A stretch of 64,000 nt of DNA. Origin: Azolla caroliniana. Taxonomy: Eukaryota; Plantae; Polypodiophyta. A program made the position numbers and the translations under genes. The stretch's first letter is position 1. Every line of letters begins with the position of its first letter. Under the pieces are notes generated by a model. That model saw only the letters and a list, made by a program, of their open reading frames with translations, was not told the origin of the DNA and ran no database searches. The DNA lies in assembly GCA_043228905.1 (NCBI GenBank), contig JBHGNT010000001.1:28272001-28336000 (forward strand), in the 5' to 3' direction. This document shows, in pieces, positions 34,913 to 49,020 of this stretch.

Positions 34913-37900
34913 TAAACTGTTTTGAAACAATCTTTATGTTCATTTGTAGTGCAAATAATCATATTTCTAAACTAAAAAAAAAACTATGAAAATACGGAAA
35001 AAACTGTGAATTTACCAATTTCCTAACTTTGAATTTCAAAACATACTAGAACTACCAAACACAAGTTTTGGATAACTTTTAATACGATTTGCTTAGCGTG
35101 CAAGAATATTTACTTAAAATATGTGTAGCCATTTGGAAAGTGAAACATAAAGTAGGGTTTCATTGTTTCCCAGATATATAATCCATAGAATGAGGGAAGA
35201 ACTATCTTCCAAATTAAGTATGTGCACGTAAAGTTTTACATTGACAATCATACTTGGCCTTTCACGTATACATATTTGTTACGATCTTTATTTTATGTTG
35301 AAGTTTAAAATATGGCCACCATTTTCACATTCTTATATTAGAAGCACACTCACTTCATTTAGAAAAGATAACAAATATAAAGTTCTACAAAAATGAAGCA
35401 TGATATGAAAGTATAAATGGTGCTCAAACACAACGTGCTTCGTGACGCCAAAACATTGTGCTCTCTGTAGATCCATGTACACATACGAGCAAATATGATA
35501 GTATACAAAATGAGCATTTGAGAAATTGAAGGTTGTGAAGGTTAGTTGAGAAGGATTGTACTTTTGGTTTACATTTGTTTTGTTCTCGAGCTGATTCTTT
35601 TTTCCAGTCACTCCAACCTTCCTTGTATGGTTGTGCATTTGCGTGTTGGTATGTCATGGTGATGGAATATATAAATGAAGAATGTTGGAAAATATTGTCT
35701 CTTTGTACATGTATGGTTTATTGTATGTGGTTCACATTACGAAGTTCCAACATGTATGGTAAGGACTTACAAGGTCATATTTGTTCTTTTCATTTGTTGC
35801 AATTAGACTTTCAAATAAGCTTAGGATATTATTTTTATACTAGATCACATATTGTATAATTTGCATTGTCTTTGCACTAACCAAATATAACATTCCTTTT
35901 TATGCTTATGAGTGCATCGATAAAGTGGTGTTCTAGAAATGTATGTGTCATATATCAACAACATTTCATTCTAATAATACGGTTTTGCTGTTACAAAGAA
36001 CAATTTCATATGAGATCATAAATTATAATGACTACTGTGATAAAATCATTTAACTATGTTTTCCATGTCTAATCAGTGAGTGCCATGACAATAAAACTTG
36101 TGATTATGTTTATACTTAAGTTTGTTTTTGCACAATCAATGAAGCCATGCATGTAATGTCATAAATAGGGCTCAAATGGAATATATAACAAACATATCAT
36201 TACAATGCACACAATGTGATGCACTTCCCTTTATAGACAAAAAAAAGGAGAATCTAGGAATAGAATAACAAATAAATAAACATTGGTTGGATAATAAAGA
36301 AGAGAGTTTATGAAATAAGCCCATTATCGGTAAAGAATAGGACATGGAGACATGACCTCCCACAAACAACAATCTTGTTACAAAAAATCAAGATGTGTGG
36401 GGTATTGTGAATCCTTTCGCCTCGAGATCCTTTCGAGAGGGTTTTTCTAACTTCATATCCTCCTCCACGGAATAAACAATCATATTGTTCATCATCGATA
36501 GAACTTTGGGTGGATTAAGAATATACCCTCGACCTATAAAGTGGTATAAGTTTGCATGTCCCTACCTAGGTCTTGCACTAAGATGCAAACATTCACTTAC
36601 TTACTATTGTTTGGAAAAGTCGTTAAAATTAGTTGTGAAGGTGGAGTCTATCATTGTAAATGTTCTTACCATTAGGGTTCAATTCGCCAAGGTTATGTAG
36701 ACATCAACCTTTAAAATTTCCTCATGTGCCCTACTTGCTTGAGCCTTTCGAGTGAGGGCAAGAATAGCAAATGGCAACCAAATCCCTTTGAGCAAATGGT
36801 CATAACACACATAATAAATGCCACATGTACCTGCTACCCCTATATTGCAACAAATTGCAAGAACACCCTTACACATCAATTTTAGATTATCAAAATACCC
36901 GTAAAATTTAAGTAAAATCAATTTTTTTGTGAAAACTAGATTATTATCACTGTTACTTTTATGCCCTCAATCCAAAACTAGAGTCTACAACCATAATTAG
37001 CATAAAGGTAAGTATAAGCTCCCATAGCCAATTTTAATTGGAATGAGTGTATTTGTACATGGGGATATTTTGGCATCTCTCCTTTATGCTTATCTAACTT
37101 GGGAATAATCTATTTATAATTAGAGGATGCCTATAAATAAAAATGTATGTGTACATATGAGTGTATGCTTGCTTGTTTGTGATTAACTATAGTGAGGGTT
37201 AACATGTGGTTAAATGTTTTTGGTTTGATGGGGTGAGCACATAATATGTCCATTGAGGGATGGACAAACAATCACTTTCTAGTGGTTGAGGTGAATACTT
37301 GAACAATCGGCTAAGTCAATGAATTATGTATTGCAATGATTCGTGTCACAGTAAACAATTAGGATTGTGCTTTAAGGTGAGATTGTCTTCTCAATTAAGT
37401 TGATTGTAGGATGGCCAATAAATCTTAACTCCTTGTCTTATATAATGTCATTGGAAGATCATTTACCATTGATAAAATTCTCATAGGCTCTTATAAGTCA
37501 TTGTCATTCTCAATCCTACGGATTTGGCAAAGTGAATTTGTAAATCCATTTCTTAGGAAGAACCCACTCATGGCCTCAAGAAAATATTCAAGTTAATAAG
37601 CAATAATTTGTAAGGAGTCCTTGGTCTTGGTATGCTTTGATTTTTAAATCTATAATAATGCAATGCATTTAAACTACTTCGAAGGGAATAAATGACCTCA
37701 CATTTCGTGCATTGTAAAAATCTTGTTACAATTTTTATGCTTACAATCATTTATTAATATATACCTTATGCACAATTAAACTAATGCATGTGGCGAAAAT
37801 ATTTATATTAGTGGAGGTGCACTAGACCTACCAAGTTTCATGCAAAGGAGTGATGGACCACAAATCATCTGAAGTAATGTAATAGATTGAAGCATTTTTT

Positions 37901-40900
37901 ATTAGAAAGATTGAAGTCACAAAAGAATGAAGCAAAGGAGCATTTGCTACCAATTACCATAGAACTAGTTTAACTATCAAAATGTCCTTCGTTGAGAACT
38001 TAAGTGTTTCCGTAGTAGGCAAATTTTATTTTCAATATTATTCACGAAATTAAATAATAAATAAAACTAAATAATCTCAATTATAGAAGGTTATTTTTTT
38101 TAAAAGTTAAAGTATGATGATTGTTACGCTTCCAACAAGATTTACATTAGATATAAACACTAGAAGAATCCAACTAGTAGAAAGTAGTTACAAAGTCAAT
38201 TTTGGGTAAAATTATATTTCATGAATGCAAACCTAGCATGCGCATTGATATGATATTCACGAGTGTAATAAAACAAGCAAACATGGACTTAATGATATGG
38301 GAATTATAGGTGAAATGATATTCAATGCACACATCTCCTTATTTTACTATGTCATTTTGCATAAAAGCCGTAGAGAGACATATTAATGACAGAGATATAT
38401 CTTGAGCTAAAATTTGGTTTCTGTATTAATCACAAACTCTTATTCCTTAACTATGTATCGCTATATCATTACTAATTGTCTATGTTTAATGTTCTATCAC
38501 TACCTTCGTTCGGTATCGAGTATTTAGTGTTCCATTTCTACCTTCATCATTACTATTTCTCTATAATCCTATAATGTGTCTGTGTGTGTGTGAGAGAGAG
38601 AGCTAGTGTGATTAGGGTTTGCTAAGTTGCATTGAGACCAACTTAATTCTAGCATCATGGTGTGGTTGCGAGTTTGATACATTTTGAAAAGCACTAAAGG
38701 GATGCCAAAAAGTGTTTTGAACATTTATGTGGACATACACATAGACATTCAAAAATCACATTTAATCTCTAGTTTATCAAGATGTGAGTTGGTGACATCT
38801 ATCCACATTTAGTTAGAAATATGACCAAAGTTTTGTATAGGTAAAGTAGATAATACACTATTCATGTGTTGTGTGTGTATAACTTAAGAGTGCCCCTAAG
38901 TGCCCTAATTTGCACATGATTCTTTCTTCTAGGTAGGATTACCTTGTCATATTTATAGATAGTTTTGCTTTTGTGTCAATTACAAAATGAACCAAACAGA
39001 GAGGAGATGGAGAATTATTATAGGCTTATTTGCATTGCAAGTGGGCCCGTTTATTCTTAGATTCCATAGTGATGAAACGGTAGCTTTCCAAACATTTGAT
39101 GTACTTCTATCCTTTGGTAATATTCCCCCAACAAATGTGACTCGGTTGGTGGGATGCCATCAATAACCATAGAAATTATTATTCCAATATATATTAATCG
39201 CCATGTTATTGTTTTGGGTCTCCACCAACCACATTGGTTTTGGTGAATGGTGTGTTGTAGCACCTATGACGTTTTGGCTTGGAACCCTTTTTACTCGCCC
39301 ATTTTCTAGATGCATGTGTGTATGTACGCCCATTTGTATGTATGCATGTGTTGTGTGCGTCAATGAATGCCCTGTTTTTCTAATGTATCTAATATAACAT
39401 ATTGTAAATATTCTTTGTGTTTTTTTACCATTGATATGATGCATTGATAAAAACATAAAAAGTTCAAGCATTAAAAAGTTGGGAAGTATGTTTTTAATTA
39501 TTTGGCCCAAATTAGGTATTTCTACATCCATTAATGTCACTTGCTTTGGGTGCATAAATTTAAAATGCTCTAAAATGCAAATATGAAAGATAAAAGGTAT
39601 TGTGGTAGTACCATGATGAACACAATGGCAAGAAATACACATATATAGAGCACTTCTACAAGGCAATTTTATAAACTTCAATGGTTGATTGAACATATAA
39701 TGGAGATGAGTAAATACGTCAAATTATTTTTTCCAAAATGTAAATCCTTCAATTATTGCCAAGTAATTTAAGTTTATGTCCATTATAATTTAACCTACAA
39801 TTTTCATTAGCTTTTATAACAATAACATGAGTAAAAAATAACGTAAAGTGAACCACCTACATCTTGAGAAAGGATACACCTATGAGATAAGCTCTCCCTT
39901 GACGTGACATTGTTTAGACAAACCATATGAGACCACAATTCCTTTACCAACCTTCGATGCAACCTCCTGCAAATGCCTAGATCATGATAATTCACTTGTC
40001 TCCACTAATGCATTTACACTTGGAAATGGTTTGGCCATAATCCATCTCAATTAATTGATGGACATATCCAAACTCTTTTATTATAGACAACTTGTGGGGG
40101 GGCTCCTTATGATGGATTTGAATAGTGGTCTCAATAGTCATGCATATAATGTATTATATTCCATCGCCAAGCTTTTAATGTAACACATTGTTTAGTGATT
40201 ATGATTTCTACTCATTGTTGCAATTACTCTCATTGCTTTTTGCATAATCACTAATGACTCATCTTGAACTTCACTATAATGTGTTATGATGCCTTGTTTC
40301 CATGTACACTACTAACACCCTTTTGTTTTTATATCAATGCATTGATGTTAATATGTTAGTAGTGGGAAACCTCAAAGTGAGGATGCAGACAAATAATGTT
40401 TATGTTATAGTGTCACTATTGGGAAACATAAAGTGAGGTGAAAACCCTCAAAGAATATTTACATGGCACATTATAAACATTCAAAAAGTAGGGAGTAAAT
40501 ATGCCCATCAATGTTATGAGAGGCATGACAAACATAAAAGAGTTGAAGGGGAAACTCCTATACAGTTGATATAGAAAGGAAGTTTCTTACCCAAATTTTG
40601 TTCATTACAAAAAGTCTAGCGTGTCAATAGAGTTCGATATGGATCCATGCATAAATGATGGTTGGGAACTCATTTGGCCATGAGAAAAAAAACGAAGATC
40701 CCAAAGAGCTTTTGAATTGATAAGGTGAGAACTATAATATATGAAAATGGTTAACTTGTGACCAGAACAATATCATATTGGGACAAGTGTCAAGTAGATG
40801 AAGAAGAGTTTCACACCTCCTAAACTCTTCATTGATTGTAACTATACACCAACCACCGAATCCCAAGAAGTTGTCGCCAAAGAAACAAGCACTCTTTTAG

Positions 40901-41060
40901 AGATAATGAATTCTTCCATATCCCTTTGACTCGTAATTTCCACCAAATCAATGAAGCTTATGTATAATGTTACACGTCATTACAAAGTGTATCCATATGT
41001 GGTTCAAGTTATAATCCATACACATTTTTTTGGTTGAGAAAGTGTAGAAGGCAACTGAGT

Positions 41061-41817
41061 GTTGAAAATCATATTAAATTATCAAGGCTCTATATCTCAA
41101 CAAATAATAAAGGCGCAAGAATATGATTCAAATATGTTATTGAATCTCCTACCATTGACCTTGAATACACCTACAAACACCTTCGTTTGCAATATGTACA
41201 TTAACATGGTCAAGAGAAGGCATGGTGGTGGTGGTTACTTGAAACAACATAACCAAATCTCATGCAATTGACATCATTGAATATGAAGCTTACAAAGTTC
41301 CATGGCTATAGTTGAAAATCATATTAAATTTTCAAGATTCCATATTTCACCAAATAATAAAGGCACACGAGTATGATTCAAATACGTTATTGAATCTCAT
41401 GTCATTGGCCTTGAATACACCTTCAAACACCTTCATTTGCAAAATATACATTACCATGGTCAAGAGAAGGCATGGTGATGGTTATTACTCGAAACAACAT
41501 AACCAAATCTCATGAAACTGACATAATTGACTATGAATCTTACAAAGTTCCATGGCTATAGTTGAAAATTGTATCAAATTATTAGGACTCCATAATTCAC
41601 CAAATAACTAAGGCACCAGAGTATGATCCAAATACGTTATTGGATCTCATGTTATTGACCTTGAATACACCTTCAAACACATTTGTTTGCAACAAATATT
41701 TATATTAACATGGTCAAGAGAAGGCATGTTGGCGGTGATTACTTGAAACAACCATAACCAAATCTCATGAAATTGACATCATTAAGTATGAAACATACAA
41801 AGTTCCATGTCTATAGC
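41061..41817. repeat. 3 x ~250-bp diverged tandem repeat
   Basis: Units begin gttgaaaat.. at 41061, 41311 and 41561; each contains catggtcaagagaaggcatg and tacaaagttccatg.ctata. Confidence 0.9.
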
Positions 41818-41971
41818 TTTGCTTCACATCCATGTTCCGACTTGAGTATCTTGAGGTTAAGACCTATGTTTATAACATGGATTTAATTTAGGGGCAAACA
41901 ATAAAATATCACTTTGGTTTTGTAAAGAATAAGATGGATTCTGTGCAACGAAAGAACTGTGTGTGTGTGTG

Positions 41972-42032
<61 letters not shown>

Positions 42033-42038
42033 CACAAT

Positions 42039-43692
42039 TGTAGAAAAATAGAAAACTGTATTAACAAGGAGACAAGAATAACCAACAGTTACAAAGAGAA
42101 GGATAAGGTGCTTATGTAGTCACCGTCTCTCTAGATTCTCTAATTAGAAACGCCTCTTGGGAAAGAGGTCGAGTCTTAACTACCTAAAGAATATGTGTCA
42201 TAGAAGTTAATATTCTATGACACACTAGTTACTATACAAGGAGGTGGGGTGGTCACACACTTGAGTATTTCTAGAGTGTGTTCCCACACACGGGAAGTTG
42301 AGTTTGATTCTCAACACACCCCTTCAAACATAACTTCCGGACGCCGAAAAGTTGGCTCGGTTCGGTCTTCGAGATTCTTCGATTTGGCTATTCGGCTCAA
42401 TTGGCTTTAGTTTATCATCGGATGGTTGGTGAAGATTGATATTCGGAATTAGGACTCCTGCTCTCCTTGTTCCCCTCAAGCTCGGCTGGTCTTCAGTCGA
42501 AAGATCCAGGTTCGTCGTGAACTACCGCAACTTGTCGACTCCCAGGGCCTTGGGGAAGATGTCAACCGTTTGTAGGTTTGTGTTGATGTGTTGTAGGTCG
42601 ACATCCCCGGCTAGAACACTCTCTCGGATGGAGTGATAATGCACTTCGATGTGCTTAGTCCGAGCATGGAAGATTGGGTTCCGAGCAAGGTGAATACTGC
42701 TCATATTGTCGCAATAAAGGAGAATCAGATCCTTCACGATTGAAGCGACGGTGATCGTGCCCTTGTATTTGGCTTTGGTGCTCGACAATGCGACTATAGG
42801 CTGCTTTTTGCTGCTCTAGGAGATTGCTTTGCTACCGAGGGAGAAGCCAAATCTAGATGTCGATCATCGGTTGGCTCTGTGGCCGGCCCAATCGACATCG
42901 AATAGGTGTCTGATCTATAGAGAATGAAAAAATCCATCGTCCCACTCACATAACGTAACACTCGCTTAGCACAGTCCAAGTGAATGTTTCTTGGTGCCTG
43001 CATGAATTGGCTAAGGAGATCGCCCGGGTAACTCAGGTCGCGTTGGGTAATTGTGAGGTAGATAAGGCTTTCGACTAGTTGACAATAGAGCGTTGTCTCA
43101 CACTCTCTAGTGTCGGACTCGATCGACATCTAGCTTTAGATTTCGATCGAGAGGGGTAGTGACGTGCTTACATTGTGTCATCCCAAACTTGTAAAGAAGT
43201 TTGAGGATATAGTGCCTTTGAGAAAGCATGATGCCGTCTGGAGTCCGAATTACTTCTACGAAAGTAATGGAGCTCCTTCATATTGATCATTTTGAATCGG
43301 GTGGAGAGGAGGTTCTTGATGTGCTCAATATCTGCCAAATGCTCTCCTCCTATGACCAAGTCATCCACATAAATGATGATAAATACCTGTCCTCTGGAGT
43401 CGCTCCAGATGAACATAGAGTTGTCAAACTTGGACATGGTGAAGCCGATTTGATGAAGATATTGCGTTATTTTCGAATGTCATGCTCTCGGTGCTTGCTT
43501 GAGCCCGTAGAGAGGCTTTTTGAGTCGGTAGACAATAGTCTGATGCGTAGTCGACCCGAATCCAGGCGGTTGTATCATGTACACATCCTCTTCTATCTCA
43601 CCTTGGAGAAAGGCATTCTTTACGTCCATTTGGTGGAGGTGCCACCCTTTTGTTGCTGCAAGCGTGACCACAGTCCGAATTGCAGTCATCTT
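42039..43692 (-). mobile_element. Degenerate Ty1/copia 3' part (RT-RNase H, PPT, 3' LTR 42039-42316)
   Basis: QMDVKNAFLQG, LYGLKQAPRA, IYVDDL, CDNMSSI..FHARTKHIEVHYH; PPT at 42317-42327 next to an LTR bounded TG...CA. Confidence 0.88.
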
Positions 43693-46600
43693 TGTTGGAA
43701 ACGCACCCGTCTAGTGTGGAGCAGGTCATCACCCTTCTAAAGAGAAGATCATAAACAGATACAAGCAAGGTGGATTGATAGCAACAACAATATCAACAAA
43801 AAGCGCGATGCAAGAGAGAGAGACGTTAGGCACAAGATGTAATGTATTTTCAACATCTACAAAACTAGATTACAAAGTCAGTTTATATACTGACTAACTT
43901 AGGGCAACTGCCATTCTCACTAGTTACGTAAAGAGCCTAAACCTAGTGTCTACAAAGGGAGACAATGTGAATACGTCCATTAGAGACCCGCATTCAACAC
44001 TCCCCCGTAATGGGTGTATACATCGAAAATCTGTGAATCGAAATAAATTTACAATATAGATTGATGCAAAGTTTTCAAGCAAATCGAAATTTCATTCAAG
44101 TCGGTGAACTTCGAAAAACAAAAGGCTGAACTGGCTAAGGTTGGGGAAACTAAAGCTGAACTTTGAACTGTCAAAGTCGATTGTTCGAAAACATCCTAAG
44201 TGTCCGACTTAATCAGACTGATTCTTCGTTATGCCCATATGGTGCCGAAGGGATCAGAATTGATCCTCCGAAAGACACTTGGTCATCCCATCTACGATAT
44301 TATCGGCTATAGGTATCTTCTCGAGGTCGATTTTCCCTAACATGACGTAGTCCCGAACAAAGTGATATCGAACGTTAATATGCTTAGAGGCGTTGTGATG
44401 AATTGGATTTTTCGACACAGCAACAACACCATGACTGTTGCTATAGAAAACTGGAGTCGAGTTGAATTCGACTTGTCGAAACGTGCATGCTAGACGACCG
44501 AGCAGAATTGATCCTCCGAAAGACACTTGGTCATCCCATCTACGATATTATCGGCTATAGGTATCTTCTCGAGGTCGATTTTCCCTAACATGACGTAGTC
44601 CCGAACAAAGTGATATCGAACGTTAATATGCTTAGAGGCGTTGTGATGAATTGGATTTTTCGACACAGCAACAACACCCTGACTGTTGCTATAGAAAACT
44701 GGAGTCGAGTTGAATTCGACTTGTCGAAACGTGCATGCTAGACGACCGAGCCATAAAGCTTCTTTTGCACCGCGTCTGACGCGGCTACGTATTCAGCCTC
44801 AGTTGTTGATGTAGCAGTGGACTCTTGGAGTTTCGATTTCCACGAGATCGCTCCATTTCCGAGTTTGAAGCAATATCCGATTGTCGATTTTCAACTGTCC
44901 ACACACCCGGCAAAGTCTGAGTCGGTGTATCCGACTACGCCTGAAGTGTCGTTCGGACCGAATAGGATGCCATGGTCTTTTGTGCCTACAAGATATCTGA
45001 ACACATGCTTTACTGCGTTCCAATGTAATAGACCAGGATGTGCATGAATCTGTTGATGACTCCTACGACGTGAGCAATGTCAGGCAACGTTGCGACCATC
45101 GCAGACATCAGGGAGCCAACTGTCGGTGCATACGATACTGACTTCATAATTTCCCCCTCTGAACTGGATGTCGGACAGACTCGTTGAGATAGCCGAAGGC
45201 TAATGGGGAGTGGGGTCGAAGCAGATTTTGCTGATTGCATGTTGAAGTGTTCGAGGACATGTCTAATATAGTCGGATTGGGACAGAAACAATTGTCTTCG
45301 ATTTCGATTCCAACTAATCTTCATGCCGAGAATTTGTCTTGCCGGACCGAGGTCCTTCATGGCAAACTTCAACTGCAGTTGCAGAACGAGTTCGGGAAGC
45401 TCTTTGGTTTGCCGACCGGAGAGTAGCATGTCGTCCACATAGATGATGAGGAAGATGTGAGACCCATCTCGAGCTGTTTTGGTGAAGAGGTAGTGGTCCT
45501 TATCGCTCTTAGAGAAGCCGACTGACTAGATGAAGTCGCCGAACTTCTTATATCATTGTCGCGGTGCTTGTGTTAGGCCATAAAGACTCTTCCTGAGTCG
45601 GTAGACTAGATGTTCTTGGCCAGGTGCCACGAAGCCTTTCAGCTGCTCCATATAAATTTCCTCCTCTAGATCACCATGGAGGAATGCCATTTTGACATGT
45701 AGCTAAATTAGCTCTAAGTCCTCGGCTACCATGACGCCGACCATGAGTCTAAGGGTTGTCATTTTCACCACTGGTGAAAAGATTTCGTCGAAATCGATGC
45801 CATATTCTTGTCGAAAACCCTTAGCTACTAGTCTCGCCTTGAATTTTGGGGTGGCCGAATCAGACATCTCTTTGACTCGATAAATCCACTTGCATGGAAG
45901 AGCACATCGATTCTTCGGTTTGCTCGAATGGAGTTCATCGGACTCCATTGCCAGATGCCAGGTGGCCGAATCGGCAGATGTTGATGCTTCTTCGTAGGAC
46001 GTCGGTTCTCCGGCGTCCGTATACCATAAGAGTATCTCTCTAGGGGCTACAACAGTCTCTCGGATCTTCGAGGTATGACTAGACCAGTCACATCGGATGG
46101 TCAGGATCTGAATCGTTTGGATGTACCGAGTCGTGCGCTGCCGAGTTAGTCCTAGAGGTTTCAGCTACCCATGAAGCTGACCTCAAGTTGTGTGTTGGGC
46201 CTCTGTGAAGGGTTGGCACATCCGAAAAAATTTCCCTTCGGACTTTGATCGACTTTTCCGCTGATTGATGCATGGACGAATGATTGAACATTACGTCCGA
46301 ACTTCGAACGATCTGTCTATGTTTGCGGTCCCAGAGTCAGTAGCTGATTTCATCATCTGGTTCATAACCGAGGAAAATGCATTTCCTGGAGCTTCATGCA
46401 AGTTTGCAGTGATCATCTTTCGGTATTAGGGTGTATGCCTCGCAGTCGAAAATCCTCAACTTGTTGTAATTTAGCTTGCTGCGGGTCCATAGTTCATGAG
46501 GTATCTGAAGTCCTAGAGGCCTACTCCGCGACATATTGATTATGTGTATTGTCGTAAGTAGGGCCTCTACCCCAAAAGCCAACCAACAGGTCGGAGTTTT

Positions 46601-48289
46601 GGAGCATGGAAACTATCCTTTCTTGAATTGTCTGATTCATCCTCTCGGCAATTCTGTTCTGCTCTGGACTATAGGGTGTCGTATATTCACATCGTATTCC
46701 GTGTTGTCGGCAAAATCTGATGAATTCTTTAGATTTGAACTCTCCCCCGTTGTCGGTTCGAAAGCATTTCAGTTTTCGGCCGGACTGATTCTCGACCATA
46801 GCAAGCCAATCGGAAAAAATCAAGAACACTCGATCTTTGGTTTTGATCGGATATGCCCACACCTTCCGAGTCGAGTTGTCAATAAAGCTAACGAACTACA
46901 GAGCACCGCCAACAAATGAATGTGGCATAGGGCTGCAAACATCCGCGTGGACCAAATCGAGTGGATTTGATTCTCTCGGTGCTGATGTCGGGTGTGTTGT
47001 GGCTATTTTTTTGTCGTATTCGCAGAATTGATGATCAGAGAAGGAGAGTTTAAGGATGTATCCGGCTCTGGATAAATGTGTGATCGGGCCTTGCTGAGGT
47101 GTCCGAGTCGCCCATGTCATAGTGATGACACAGAAATGTCGACCAAGAACAAGTCCACCTCTCTAAGTGTGACGTATGGCGGGTACAACGAGTGTACTTT
47201 CGGTCCTCGAGCAACCAGGAGGTAGTTGACCTCATCCCGGCCACTCTTCTGATCCGCTTGTTGAGCCTTATCGTTTTTTACCTTGAGTGCACGACAATCA
47301 ACTTTGATGTGTCCGGGTTTCTTGCAATAATTGTAGACTCGATTATCTTGGGACTGGTTGTTCGGTTGCCGTGAAGAACCTCTTCCTCGATTGTTCGATC
47401 GGTCGGTCGAACCTTGTACTACATACATGTCATTGGCCAAATCGTTTGCAAACGATTTCCTCCGAGCTGCTTCAATCAGAATTGCGCTCGTGACTAGGAA
47501 TATTTAATGACAACAGTCGACGCGTGCACATAGTTGTAATGAATGTTTCCCACGAAGGGGGGAGACTACTCATAAGCAACATTGCTCTTAGTTCATCCTC
47601 GATAGTTGTCCCTTGACCTACAATTTGGGAACTTACGTTTTTGTACTACTATGAGTGATTACGACGAGCGAGTGACTAGTGTCAAGCAACCTATTCGATT
47701 GTTGTCTAATCCAATATAGTACGGTTGAGGCAGAGCTTGTGAGGCGAAATCTCACTACGAGCGGCTACAATCACCACAGTGAAGTGCAACTGATTGACTC
47801 ACTTCAATGGTGATTTAGAACAGTGGAGTGCAAATTTTGACGGTGTTTCCCTTTGCTAAAAAACGATCTTGTAGAGAGTTGCCAATCGAGATCTTCACAG
47901 TGTACATAAGAAGAGTTGTTGATGGAAACTAGATAGACGACGATGGCAGAATCGAAAGAACCTCAGGCTCTGATACCAGATGTTGGAAGCGTGGTTGTCT
48001 AGTGCGGAACAAGTCAACACTCTTTTAGAGAGAAGATCATAAATAGATACAAGCAAGGTGGTCCATTGATAGCAACAACAATATCAACAGAAAGCGTGAT
48101 GTAAGAGAGAGAGATGTTGGCACAAGATGTACTATATTTTCAACATCTACAAAACTAGATTACAAAGTCAGTTTATATATTGACTAACTTAGGGCAACTG
48201 CTCTTCTCACTATTTACATAAATAGCCTAAACCTAGTGTGTACAAAGGGAGACAATGTGAATACGTCCATTAGAGACCCGCATTCAACA
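43693..48289 (-). mobile_element. Near full-length degenerate Ty1/copia element with two ~308-bp LTRs, inserted into the RT of the preceding copia
   Basis: LTRs 43693-43999 and 47981-48289 (highly similar); iMet PBS TGGTATCAGAGC 47978-47967; PPT 44000-44006; knuckle NYCKKPGHIKVDC, integrase RTDNGGEF/PEQN..AERMN, RT FKARLVAKGF, YVDDML, RNase H HINVRYHF. No TSD (atctt vs cagag). Confidence 0.93.
44255..44751. repeat. 2 x 248-bp tandem duplication inside the copia RNase H
   Basis: cagaattgatcctccgaaag...gacgaccgag at 44255 and 44503; one mismatch seen. Confidence 0.9.
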
Positions 48290-48411
48290 CAGAGGAAGGT
48301 AGAACGAAATACATGTAGCCGGAAATAAAGGCCACGAATTAGGTGGGAGTAGTTGAAGCGCGCCAAGGAGAGAATAGGCTATATAAAGCAATGTGCCAAT
48401 CTATATATGAA

Positions 48412-48484
48412 TGGAGACAATCAAACTTGAACTGATAACTTCATACTTGCAAAACATGCGTTCTACCGATTGAACCACGCCCCC
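48412..48484 (-). tRNA. trnA: tRNA-Ala(UGC), organellar/mitochondrial type; probably a nuclear copy (NUMT) or pseudogene
   Basis: GGGGGCGTGGTTCAATCGGTAGAACGCATGTTTTGCAAGTATGAAGTTATCAGTTCAAGTTTGATTGTCTCCA, 73 nt. Folds as a cloverleaf with anticodon TGC, G3:U70 Ala identity pair, A73 and several G-U pairs. Confidence 0.8.
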
Positions 48485-48738
48485 ATCCTCATTCCATATG
48501 CAACACGTGGAACGACATAAGAAGAAAAAAGGGGAGAGGGAATATATACATATGTTATGACATAACGAGAGAGGGAGTAACTAATATAGTCGGCCCGTGT
48601 TGCCTTTGTAATCGATACATACAGTAATCAATACACATACAACCGGTTGTGGCCGGCTATCGTGTAACTGTTCGGCCTACTCGGCCCTATCGTAGTCCCC
48701 TACGCAACCACGATTCCTTGACCCGATTACTCATGGGA

Positions 48739-49020
48739 TGTAATCGAAGGTGTTTCTCCAAGAAGGAGACAACGCTTTATATAAGGTCACCCTCTCTGTT
48801 CATTAACTCACTAACATCTACTTTCTCTAGTAACTATAGAAGCTCATGGGTCATGGGGAATGTGGAAACTCATTAGTTATGTGTCATAGAATAAGATTCT
48901 ATGACACAGTTAATGCTACAAAGTAGTGGTGACCTTTGACCTTTGACCTTTGAGTGTTCATACATTCTCAAAGAGGGGTGTGTTCACACACTAGACTTAG
49001 GTTGAGTTTGATTCTCAACA
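48739..49020 (-). mobile_element. LTR-like sequence related to the 42039-42316 LTR
   Basis: Shares terminal gttgagtttgattctcaaca, the tgtgtcatagaa...ttctatgacaca hairpin and aaggagacaa; left boundary uncertain. Confidence 0.6.

Noticed and set aside
31900-35700. Terminal inverted repeats for the MULE
   Set aside because: Only weak short inverted matches were found by eye; not supportable.
42039-49020. Treating 42039-42316 and 48739-49020 as the LTR pair of one element
   Set aside because: Only short motifs are shared; there is no PBS beside the second, no TSD, and the gag/integrase portion is absent.
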